A stretch of DNA of 64,000 bases from Marsupella aquatica. Taxonomy: Eukaryota; Plantae; Marchantiophyta. Of the stretch, positions 38,339 to 50,079 are shown in pieces. Numbering within the stretch: the first letter of the stretch is position 1; each line of letters begins with the position of its first letter. The notes under the pieces are model-generated. The model was not told where the DNA came from. It saw only the letters and a list, made by a program, of their open reading frames with translations, and did not search any database. The position numbers and the translations under genes are program-made. The DNA lies in NCBI GenBank assembly GCA_973895155.1, contig OZ316893.1, positions 22,789,844 through 22,853,843 of the forward strand, written 5' to 3'.

Positions 38339-38477
38339 TCGCATGCCCATTTGAGTGTTCATACGTTATTTATACAATTATTTGAAGACTCAAACTAGGA
38401 ATATTCTTCAACCGATATGTGTTTTCTTTTTCGTTGGTGAAAAACAAAATCATCCCAAGGGCTTTAGAAATTGGGCC

Positions 38478-38732
38478 AAAGATGTTGCTAAGTGAAAAGA
38501 TTAGCTGCATCAATGATGTCCTTAAGTTGAAGATCTCATCTTAAGTAAAAAGATGTTGTGTGAAATAAGTTGATAATTAAAGGGATGTTGTTAGTAAAAG
38601 ATGTTGTGGAGTAAGAGAATGAATGAAGTTGTTACTAAAAGATATCATTGAGGTAACATAGGTTGTTAACCAAAAGATATTGCCAAGTAAAAGATGTCGT
38701 TCTGTAAAAGATGTTGTTCCGTAAAAGATGTC
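38478..38732. repeat. Degenerate AAAAGATGTTG minisatellite related to the Helitron-internal repeats
   Basis: Recurring (GT)AAAAGATGT(T/C)G motifs resembling those at 22-23.7 kb. Confidence 0.55.
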
Positions 38733-41700
38733 AGGGGCAAGTCAGGTGTCAAGGTGAAGAGAGGCGAGGAGGACGGCAAGGCAAGGGGTGAGACGTAGTC
38801 AAGAGGAGGGAGTCAAGTGAAGCAAGCATTGGGCCGGCAAGGGCTTCTCGACTGGGGAGGGAGTTGGGTGGTCGGCAGTAGGGGTGACTGAGGTTGTGGC
38901 AAGGAGGCAGTCAGGGCTCAATTGGGGCTCGGTTGCTGCAACCTCCATATGCCATATACTCAGACACAGCCAATGTCAGGGCCGTGGCAATTTTTTTTGT
39001 GTGGCTATCCGTTCATTTTTTCCCCCTTTGGTGTTTTTCCCCTCAAAAGTGCCAGCCATATTTGAATGATGACCACTTCAAAAAAGGGCACAACTTGTTA
39101 TTCTAGTTTTTGATTTTATACTGCTTTCAAAGGCAAGGGTCAAACGCTTGAATATATACAAAGGATTCCTTGAACACTTCGCTGAATGTTCATGAAACGT
39201 TCTCCGGTTCATGTTTTTCATAGAAGCCATTGCAATAAATTTAGTATGTCATATTCAAAAACAAAGTGTTTGTAATGCTAAGGTTTTGAGGCTGAGCGTA
39301 GACAAAATCATGTAGTAACAAACCAAAACCCTGACTTAAACAACACGGAGTACTTGGTTCACAAGGCAAATTAAAGCAGATATGCCTTCCACCATTTACA
39401 GCTAAGATTTGTTTGCAAGAGCCTGATGATCAGTTTGCATTGTGTCCTCTTCAGTTTTGAAATTTTGTTACAGAAAGCCATTCCCTGTGTATCCACCAGA
39501 CTGTAGAGAAAGGAGAGCAGCTGACATTGGGAAAATGTACTCTGAAAGCAGAGCCCAATGACAAATGTTGCCACCCTGGAGTATTGACTGCTGAGTTTAC
39601 GTCAAAACTGAACATATTCACCACTGATGACATGTCGGTGAATGTCTTCACAAGAAAATTGAGGTGGGCTGAGTTCCGTGAGGGGTTCCATCACATTTCT
39701 GTTAGTTGCCGCCCAAAACTCTCGGAATGAGGGGGTATGAGGACCAATTTACTAAGAAGGGGCCAAATAATAAAGTAGAAGAAAAAAAAACCCGTCCAGA
39801 GAGGACAACCATTGAGAAGCGATCACCCAAACAAGACACACCCAAAACTCTGTCAACAACATTAGTGAACCGGAGCAACATTTCACATAGAAACGAGAAG
39901 TTGTTTTGTAAGAAGTGGGCCCTAGGTGAAAATACAATGCAAAAGAGCATTGCATTCAACAAACCAAACAAAACAAGCCAAACAGGATCCCAAAGGAGAC
40001 CCAATAAAGGAGGAAACACACAGTTGTCCATAATGCCCCTACGAGATGCGGTACAGATTTTTAACCTTTGTGTCGTCTCCTAGGCTTCTCCTAGAGTCAG
40101 AAGTTAGAGACTGATATATATATATAGTTTTTTTAATCCAATGCTTTGAGAATTATAAGAACTATAGAGATTTTTAATACCAAATTTTGAAATATTTCCA
40201 GTATATTTCATGAAGTTAGGGGTTAACGATGAGTAAATAATGACTTTATTTTATTAAATTTTAGGGTGATGATTACTTGAAAACTTTGCTAGTGTGATAT
40301 GGGACCTCCCTTGGAATGAGGCCCCCAAACATTGTGTTTTCTCCAAGGCTTCTCCTGGAGTCGGATTAGTGCGCTGTATATTAGTCTGCAGTCAGCAACG
40401 GGGCGCGGTGCTTTTTGGACAGTACCAGTCAACAACCAGGGCGGCATGGTCTGGGAGCACTAACCAAACTCTGGGCACAGTATTCCAGGGAAGGACCTGC
40501 TCAGCTAAACCCTCCACAAGTTTAGGGAGGTTTCCAACAATGGGTTGTGTTGTATTACTGTCCATATCCTTCATGCTCTCCTCAAATAGCAGTTTTGACG
40601 AAGCATGTTTCTTTGCTTTTGCTTGCTGCATTGGTCGGAACAAATAGGACGTGTTGGATATTTTGACCACACTTTTTACTTGCATGTGTGATTCATTGTC
40701 CATGTTTATATACATTGTTCTTCTACTATCGACTAAAGATATGTGAGCACTACAGTCCTCTGGGCATTTTCCACTGTCCCCATCTGCACCTGGGATGAGA
40801 TGGAACCTTTGCCTTCACAGTTTTTCCTTGCATATGATTTAAGGATGACCATGACGTCTAGAGAGAAAGACTGTGGGATGCATTTTTTCTAGTTTTAGTT
40901 AAAGTGGCGTTGTATAGAGGATAGCACTAACATTTGCGGGGCTCAATTTCATTCAGAAAACCTGGAGTTAGTGAGTCAACGTGGGCGGCAGTTAGTTTGC
41001 TACAGGGTATTGTTATGTGATAGATATCTTGGAGCTTTGAAGCTATTGTTGTCGAGCAATACCATATGACAAGCACTGAATGTTCTGACATATGGAATAG
41101 AAGCAGTCTTTGTATCCCACGCAACTTGAATATGTATGGGTTCAAATTTACGGTGACTTTGAGTTCAGCTTTTATGAGAATGAGAATGAATTTTTATTTG
41201 TTTAGAGAGTCCAATTTTTCTTCGTTGACTCAACAAGAGACTTGTTGATGCAATTGTTAGAGGATTGTTGGTTTTTGAACATTCACCTTGCTTATTCGTG
41301 TTAAGTTGACCGCAGATATGTTTCCAGCCGGAGATAATGTGGGCTAACTAATGCTTATGCGCTGCTTCTCAGAACTACTTAGTTTGTGTTTCTGTTAGGT
41401 AGTTCTTAATCAACTTTACAAGGTCCAATCCAATGCTATTTGACTGTAGTCTGAGGCTTATCCGTTAGAAAATGAAGTTGTGTTACCTTGGAACTGAATT
41501 GCAGATGAAATCTCTATAGTTGCCTTCGAACAAGGACTGCAGTTAAATCAAAGCAAACTTAGATAGTCGTTCCCTCCATCCATATCTCTGTCAGCGAAAT
41601 GTACAAAATGACAGCAGGCTCAACAATAGTCTGCGAAGGACTCATTTATGTACATAACTAAATGCTTACATATACAAATTCTTCTCGTGTCTCGAGTTAT

Positions 41701-41867
41701 TCAAATTTTCGACCTGGAAACAATCAACCTCCAGCCTGTTCGAGCTGGAAACAAAAACATTGCAGGAACCCAGCAGGATTGTTTCCTTCTAGTGCACCCT
41801 GTTCCAAACTTTGGGATGCCCAACCGTGACAAGCTGATTTGGCAAAATTATCAAGCTACAAGAAAGA

Positions 41868-44800
41868 TTACTGCGTCCTGACTTTGGAAGTAGGAAGTCT
41901 TCCCACGTCAAATAACGTGTGAGACAAGAAACCTGCAGGGCTAACGAACTTTGGTATCGCAATATTGTCTCTGATGTATAGAACTGGTGCAAAGTCAATT
42001 GACAACAGAAATCCCATAATGAAAGATCTGACTGTCAGTGGAAAAGTTCTTTGCTGCCTCAATTCTGCATACTTTTCTAACGCCTTTTTGATACGTTCAG
42101 CGTCACCATCTTCAGAAATAACAACACCCAGAGTTTGAGCTAAGACGACTGCATCCTCGATAGCAGTACATCCACCTTGGCCCAAATTAGGGGTCATAGG
42201 ATGCATGGCATCACCTCCCAAAACAACCCCTTCGCCGATGAGTGCAGGAGTCACACCGGGTATGTTCCATCTGTCACCTAAAGCTGCCCGGGACAGATTT
42301 TGGACAGGAGTTTTGTTCACCAACTCTGTCATCCTGTCTGGCCAGCGGCCATCTTGCATTGCGCGCAGGACCTCTTCCTTGACAAGGTTTCGATCAGTAA
42401 CCTTCGGCCCTGGAAACACACTCAATTCAAACATGTTATAGAAGCAATGATGTTAGTAAAAATTATAAACTTACCACTTGAAGCAGTTTTAAGTCCATGG
42501 CCAACTCTCCACATTGGTACACTAGGGAAGAGAACCGATGGCTGAGTACAGTACCTGGAGACGAGCTGTTAAACACATAAAACCAGTACACCTTCGAAGC
42601 TGAGAATGGAAATATGCCACAACGTGCCCCACTTCCCAAAAACTGAAGGCCGGAAATATCAAAATCATGTCCATCGGAATACTCTGCAACTCCACGAATT
42701 CCGATTTGCCCAACAAAGCGAGTGGGTGGGAACCCCATCCATTTTGCTACCACTGAATTTGCCCCATCACAACCCACCAAGACCTGCATACGTGCCACCC
42801 AAAGACCTAGAAAACAGATCAGGTCACTGTTCCTCGTTCTACAACGCAGCTATGTCGTCAAAAAAGAACATTAGGGTTTAAGCCTCCTACAGAAATTCTT
42901 AGTCTACGTGTACAAAGTACGAGCTCTCCCTCCCAAGAAGCCTTGCATTGACAGTTGCTTCTTACATCAATCATACTCCGCTTCAAGAAAAAAAGTATTG
43001 AGGAAAAATTAGGAATGAAAAATCAGCCATCCAACACACAGTGGTTCCATTTGTTCGTAAAGCGACGTTCAACACAGTTTTGGCTTAGGTTTTCCTTCCC
43101 AAAGTTACAAGAGTTGTACACGTTGGATGAATTGCGGTGCCATGATGTAAAAGGAAAGATTGTCAATTAAGACGAACGTAACCGTCCCCTATATTACACA
43201 CCTTGGTGGATATGACGGACCCATCCTCCAGCTCCAGCTTCGTCAACCCGTCTCGGGGTTCCTTACGAATGGCACACACTCTGGAATTAAGTTGGAGTGT
43301 CCCTGGTGGCAACTCCGCCGCGAGAGCCTCCACTAAGGCTTTGCGCTCCACTCCGCGTACCTCATGTGGCCTGCGAGAGAATCGGCGAAATCAGGCAGCG
43401 CCCTTGAGCTCCATACATACAACCCGTTGTTTCTCTTCGAACTGGATGCATTCTTTGTAGGTCCCGATTGTCATTTTCAATCTTGTGTTGTTCCTTCAGT
43501 TAGCTCTGCTCTGCTCTGAAGAACTATCTCCGTTTCCTAATTCCATAGCACTAACTCAATTCAATTTTCATACCCAGGACTAGAGATACAGTCCACCACA
43601 GCCGTTTGCTTCACAACCGGAATGAAAATTATGATCAGCTGTAGACAAAGATTCCTAGGTGGGAAAGTTACCTACCCTCCTGCACACTCCCTGAATTTAA
43701 GTTTTGTTAGCAATTTTGTCCCAGAACGGTCATACAAGTCCATCCTGCACGCATCCAGTAGCCAAGGCCGACAATCAATGGTCAAGACTGGTGTAAAACA
43801 GTCAAAGAGGTTCTAACCCAGATACCCAATTGTCCCAAAACTCGCAAACTAGCCGCATCTCTCAATCAGCTATAGAAGGTTTGATGCTCACCCAGTCAGT
43901 AGGTCAAACAAGTGAATGAGATACAGTCATAGCTCACTCGGTACGAAATTCAAGGCGAAGCAATCTCCCCTGTTCCTACACTGGATTGAATGAGCTGTCC
44001 TTGACGTCGCCTAATCTAGAATCATTCCCGAATCGAAAAGAACTCAGCCGGCACAGGTCCTCCAACTAGGGAAGAATTGGGTCCCTTACTCATCAACTTG
44101 TAGGTGGGTTTCTCGGAGGATATCGGCAACACCCAGAGAGTCTAGAGCCCGCCAAGCATTTCCCCAGAGAAACAGAGAGGCCCCTGACGCTCTGATGGAT
44201 GGAGCTCGTTCCAGCACAAGAACCTTGACTCCAACCCTGAGCTCAAATCATCAACGAAACACAGGTCACACAATCTCCACCTAAACAAATTCCATATCGG
44301 CCTTGACAGGATCTACACCAATGCATCCAATATGCCAGATTATTCCTCTCCAGTAACCGCCACCTTCGTGGCTTATTTGAACTGAGTCCACAATTCCAGG
44401 ATCCCCTTTGGTCCAAGACTGTGTTCCACGACATTCAATTCAACCCACATATGCAGAAATCATCCAATTTCTATTAATTGTTCCGCTACCTCAGTGGAAG
44501 GGAAGCTTCCAGCTAGTATGGCCACAGAATCAGCACTGACCTGTGAAGAGCAACGGCAGCAGAAAGACCTGCAATGCCACCACCGACGATGACAACCTTG
44601 TGAACCAAATTTTCAGCCTCAGCGTTTTCCACTTGAGGAGCTTCCACATCTGAAACTGTCTGGCCCCTCGCCACCGCCACTCCATGCCTCCCACTCCTGA
44701 CCAATTTGCAAGAGGACCCCTCCTGAGCCTGAGTCACCGCATGTGCACTCGACGAAAGGCTTCCTGCTGCACTCAGCCTTTTGAATCTGGCGTGCACTGG

Positions 44801-44887
44801 TGATCCGCTTACATTCTGGTTTTGTGGCACAGCCAGATCACAATGCAAGCCCACCGAAGCCAGGGACGTCGTCGTCAGAGCGGCCAT
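41868..44887 (-). CDS. FAD-dependent monooxygenase (FAD_binding_3 family, monooxygenase-2/CTF2-like), 500 aa, 6 exons, probable plastid transit peptide
   Basis: GT-AG exons 44887-44541, 44236-44090, 43744-43676, 43370-43202, 42783-42555 and 42409-41868 sum to 1503 nt in one frame. Motifs VVIVGGGIAGL (GxGxxG), LVGCDGANS (DG) and GDAMHPMTPNLGQGG (GD). Ser/Ala/Thr-rich N-terminus. Confidence 0.93.
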
Positions 44888-45783
44888 GGTGGGCAAGACA
44901 ATTCAGAGGCAACAGCAGCAACGTCGTGGAATGTAAAAGAGTTTATTGTACAAAGATTTGCTTGAGCTGACCCTGAAATGATGCCAACCAGTGCAGTCCA
45001 GGCTAAATATGTGAGTATTCTCAGTAGATGAGGAGGGTCACCTGTTAGCTCCAACCATACCAGAACTGACACTTCTCCTGAGCATACTGGGTATGTCTAT
45101 AATAAAGACTTGGTAATTTTGTACAAGTTCAATTATTATACAAGTTTGAGAGAATCAAGAGTAGTGAAATACATTCAGAGTGTGTTTTGGCTCCATGTTC
45201 TCTTTATTATATAGTTGTTTAGAGTGTGTTTTGGCCCTAAGTTCTCTTTACTATATAGTGTCAAAGTGGTCAAATAGGAGGTACGGTACGGTAACAGCTT
45301 CATTTCATATAATTGATAATTCCAATTACACAATGCCAATGAAACAGAACACAGATTCCCACTGTCAATGTCCTTCACTAGTCCCTCCTTCTCGCACTGA
45401 TGACTGATCCGCCTCCTTCCATCATGGTGGTCTGGTTGGGGGAGACTTTTTCTCTCTTCTCTGGGTGCGCTCCTTCTATCAGCCCCCTTAATTGTCTTTT
45501 TTCCCTTCTGCCTCCTTCTCATAGGAGGTTATTGTTGTTTTGTCTTTTGGAATAAAGTTTCTCGGGGCAGTGTTCCCTTTAAAATAAATTAAAATTAAAA
45601 ATAAATGTCCTTCACTAGTGTACACCAGTGAAATAGAGCAGCATGGGAAATAGCTTGTGCCTTTTCCCATATTTGTTGTTAGGTCACAACAGTTGGACTC
45701 ATCATACCCTCAGCCCTCATAGTGGTGGATTCAATTGATAAGTGCATGAAACTATTTTATGGAATTGTCAGCTGAACTTATCA

Positions 45784-46483
45784 ATATAGCATGCTCATCC
45801 TGGAACATGGTTTACTTTTTGTCTTGTAGTGATATTAAGTGGACAAAATTAAAGAGTAAGACTAGAATACATATTAAATGTGAATGAAATCAAATAATAT
45901 AAATAAAGTACATGGCACATAGTGACCAATGGAAAGTACAATTTTATTACACAAAGTTGCTACGAGTTGTACACAATGCAATCAAATAATATAAATAAAG
46001 CACATGCAATAAAAGCACATAGTGACCAATGGAAAGTACAATTTTATGACACAAAGATTTTATGACACAAAGATGCTAAGACTGGTGCACATATTCAATG
46101 TGTCTTATTAATGACTCTTATTTTAATAAAAACCATAAACTTAGGAAAGAAAGCCACAAGGAGAGCTTAAGAGAGGATGTGCTGACATTACTTAGAATCG
46201 TTCCTCTCACTCATGAGTATATTTAAAAGCATAGAAAGTGAAGCCCTTAGTTTCTCTCTAGGACTTAACAAAGTTTAAAAATTAAGGGGGTTGCCAAAAT
46301 AAATTCAAAATACTATAGGATACCAAAAATTTAAAGGGGTCCAAAAATGAATTAAAAGTCTATGTGATACAAAGGATGCCCCTTGTTAGGTACATTCAAA
46401 TAAAAATTCATGATACACAAATATGAATAATACACAAATATGAATAAGACAAAACATGAGAGTTGGATTCACCATATATAGCA
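45784..46483. mobile_element. ~700-bp non-coding element with terminal direct repeats ATATAGCA (uninterrupted copy)
   Basis: Inverted homolog of 21722-21930 plus 31801-32154. ATATAGCA at 45784-45791 and 46476-46483. Also flanked by a 25-bp duplication at 45762-45786 and 46490-46514. Confidence 0.7.
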
Positions 46484-47382
46484 GCTTCAGAATTGTCAGC
46501 TGAACTTATCAATAAATGTTTTTGATGCATTCATTGTAACAACTGATAAATGCATACATACACCTGCAAACAAAAATGCACTTATTTATGTGTGGTCTAG
46601 TTCCATTATATTGTAGTTTAGTTAGGATGCACATGCATTTATGCATACTGCATGTTTTGCCCATTTACAAACGAAATCCCCCGTTATAATAGGCCAATAT
46701 CTTGTTTGCGTGCATGATTGAGCTTACCCGAATGAAATCACAGCTGAGTCACTTGCTGTCCACATCCACACATTCATCACCACCTTGCAGCAGGCCTACA
46801 CCACAAGCTATACCTCTTGCAACTCTACCATATCTCCGTGAAATCTGAAAGATCGAAGACCAGCTCAGTTCGATGTTCTGCATGACCTAAGGTCCTGTAC
46901 AGCGACAATCAATGGAACCAGAAGCGAATCGGATCAGAACGACGACGATGATGATTTCACTCACACACTGTCTTCAAATTATGGCACGGTAAACATATAA
47001 GCAAATAGCCGACGCTGCTACGATCATTCACTCGATGTAACAAAGGCCGTCCCCTAGAGATCATCCGACCAGGAAGAAATTGGAGCTTGACCAAAATACC
47101 TCAGCAAATTCCGGAAAACAGAGCACGTAGACAAAGAGGACACAGTCGCCAAATTCACGAGCACGCACCACTCTGATCGACAATACAATCAATGAATGCA
47201 CGATGCAAGAGAGATTCATTTGGGAAAAGGAACATTACCCGAGGAAAGTGCATTTGTGGGTCGATCGATTCCTCCTCAGCAGCAGCTCCTCCCCTCAGTC
47301 TCCTGATGACGAGTGACCCACCTCGAGCTTTTGGTGACTCAGCTGTCACCTTTTCTTTCCACTGCTGTGTGTGAAATCTTCA

Positions 47383-47630
47383 CCAGTCCAGTCGAGATCA
47401 CTCTAGGTCTACATCGTCTCATATAATACACATACAAAAGCCACATATACTCTAATATCACTTATAATCTAATATACTTTATAAATGATGTGAAAAATTA
47501 GTCCCAAAGCTCTACCAGCAGTCAAGATCACTCTAGGGTTACATGGTCTCATATAGTACACATATAAAAGCCACATATACTCTAATATCATTTATTGTGT
47601 GACAAATTAGTTCCAAAGCTCTACCAACAG
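47383..47630. repeat. ~130-bp imperfect tandem duplication
   Basis: AGATCACTCTAGG..AAAAGCCACATATACTCTAATATCA occurs at ~47395 and ~47525. Confidence 0.75.
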
Positions 47631-47846
47631 TTTCAGTTTGTGGCTCAAAATAGCTTCAGTTCTTTTGAAGTTGGGGGCCCTTGGACTTTTTGTCTCTTTG
47701 GCTCTTGGTTTTTCCTATTTTTTCCCTGGTTCATATAATTTCCACGCTTATTGGGTTGTGGCCTTTGAGACCGTGTCTCCTTGGAAAGGGTCTTGTTTCT
47801 TTGCATAACTTACTACATATGTGAACACTACTATTATGATAATACA

Positions 47847-48082
47847 CGAGCCTTATGCCTGTGCGTTGCGCGGCGCAAGGAAGGCCAGCCCATAGGGAGT
47901 AGGGCCGAGGCATTTATGGGGCAGCAGGAAGCACATATGTGATAGGGGTGCACATTTCTTCCATCAATGGTCAGGGAAAATAGTCAATTGAATCCAATGG
48001 CTATGGATCTTTCCCACCCAAGAGCGTTTTTGTATTGGGACGAAGAACGAAAAAAAATGAAATCCCTTATTATAGTTGTAGA
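47847..48082 (-). mobile_element. Mini non-autonomous Helitron (236 bp)
   Basis: Minus-strand 5' end TCTACAACTATAATA and 3' end ..GCGCAACGCACAGGCATAAGGCTCG, at an A|T site. Removing it restores ATAATACA|TCTACAACATAGTTTCAAATATG, which matches the neighbouring repeat at ~48150. Confidence 0.75.
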
Positions 48083-48089
48083 TCTACAA

Positions 48090-49610
48090 CATAGTTTCAA
48101 ATATGTTCTTGGGTCCTACCAGATGACAATGATCTGAACAATGCTACTATGATAAAACATGTACAACATAGTTTCAGATATGTTGTTGGGCGATTATCTA
48201 CAATGCATTCAAGTTCAGCCAATAAGGGGAGCACTTGGATATTTGCAGGGAGGAGCTTCTTTCATGGAAATTGCATTTATTTTTTTGGCAGTTTACAAGA
48301 GACGGTGCACAAAAGAGGCTCATTATCCACAGATTTATAAGTTTATAACCTATGTAAGAATCAATTTTCTGTGCTCTTATTTATAAGTGCAATACCTCTG
48401 TAAGAGTCAATTTTTTTGTTCTCCATAAGAGCAAAGCTCCGATGTCTTGTGTTTGTAATCATGGGGATTCTTGCACCAAGGACCAAAATGTTGTGTAACT
48501 GACTTATCCATTCGTGAATAATTTTTCTATTTGCACTTGTGGTTGATACTGTAGGGACTCTCTGAACAAATCATAGAAACCATCTGTAACCTTGGACTGC
48601 CTGTCTGAATTTCTAGATTGTGCGAAAGTGTGTAAGCTTGTGACGTCTCACCCTGGTGAAGCAAAACCAGGCATCCATCTATGTACGTTCAAATGTATGT
48701 AGACTCGATTTCATGTAGCACATATCTTTCTGTACTCAATTTGTGAACTAGCTGTGCGGCACGATTTGAAACATAATCCCCAAATCTCGAACTACATAAC
48801 ATCCAATGAATCATTTACTTTAAAAGTCCCAATGCCTACAAACATAGAGAAATTTTTCTCGGAGACCTAAGCTATTCACATCAGAGAGATGTTAAATATT
48901 GTCAAAGGATATCAACTCTGTATAAAATCCTGAGAAAATCAATCAACGCGTCAATCCTGTATTAGATTTGTGAAGTAGGTGTGCAGTACCATTTGAGTCG
49001 TAATCCCCAAATTTCGTACTTATTATCGAAACAATAATTTGATTTAGAAAATTTGGAACAGCCTACAAACATAGAGAACTCGGAGACGTAAGATATTTAC
49101 ATGACAGAGATTATAACATTGTCGACCGATCACAAATTTGAGTTTCACAAATTGGCTTCATCTTCCGATCCTGCGAAAAACAATCAATAAGGCAATCCTG
49201 TATTCAATTAGTAAAGCAGCTGTGTATCACCATTTGAATCAGTCACCAATTTGATTCGAAATTTTGTGAACTACATAACAGCGAAAGAATCATTTGATAT
49301 AGAAATTTTGGAACAGCCTATAAGCAGAAAGAATTTTCACTTGGAGAAGATATTTACATGACAGAGATGTTAAGACACACGACAGAATATAGAAGCCCAG
49401 GTTGTCCTGTGCGCTTGCAAAGGAGCAAGTTTCCGTAAATATTATCTGTGGATAGTTTCCTTCCAAAATCCACATCGACGGTTGCCTAATTGTCCTTACC
49501 TGGACCCAAACTGATTGAGGCAGGCTACAGGTGAATTGACTGGAATGCATGATAAAGAACAGTTTCGGTGACAACGGCGTTGTTCGGGTTTCCTCACCAA
49601 GCATTGGATG
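48090..49610 (+). repeat. Segmental-duplication block, copy on the 3' side of the NLR
   Basis: Colinear by eye with 18650-19870 and 20800-21035. Confidence 0.8.
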
Positions 49611-50079
49611 ATCATAAAATCCAAAGAGACACTGACACCGGTACGTTCGACCTGCACTTTGAGGAGCATGACAAATCATTCTTATAATTAGTTGAATTCT
49701 CAGAATGGACCGTAACTTTTAAGTCGACTAATAATAAGGCAGGAAATAAGAGACAGTATGAGCACCCATACCATGGTGATGACACAATGATCAGTGTGTT
49801 GAGAATACTTGTGATTCATTTCTGCAAGCTGTCTTCACTTCCCAACTTCGGCTCGCGAAGTCTGAACCCATCTTAGCATCTTAGCAGGCGCTTCCCCTTT
49901 TTGGATTAATATTCATATCTTCTTCTGGCCTTTCCATGCCCCAGACACCGAGTTCACCTAAATCTTATTTTGCCATATGAAGAGATGCAGCGGAAGCTAT
50001 GAGCACTAATCTCAGTGGGACCTGATGGAGGACAAAGCTCAGAACTAGAAACAAGCAAACATTGGAGGGAGGGCAATTC

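Noticed and set aside
40294-40715. Overlapping 107-117-aa ORFs
   Set aside because: No family motif recognised and no supported splice structure.
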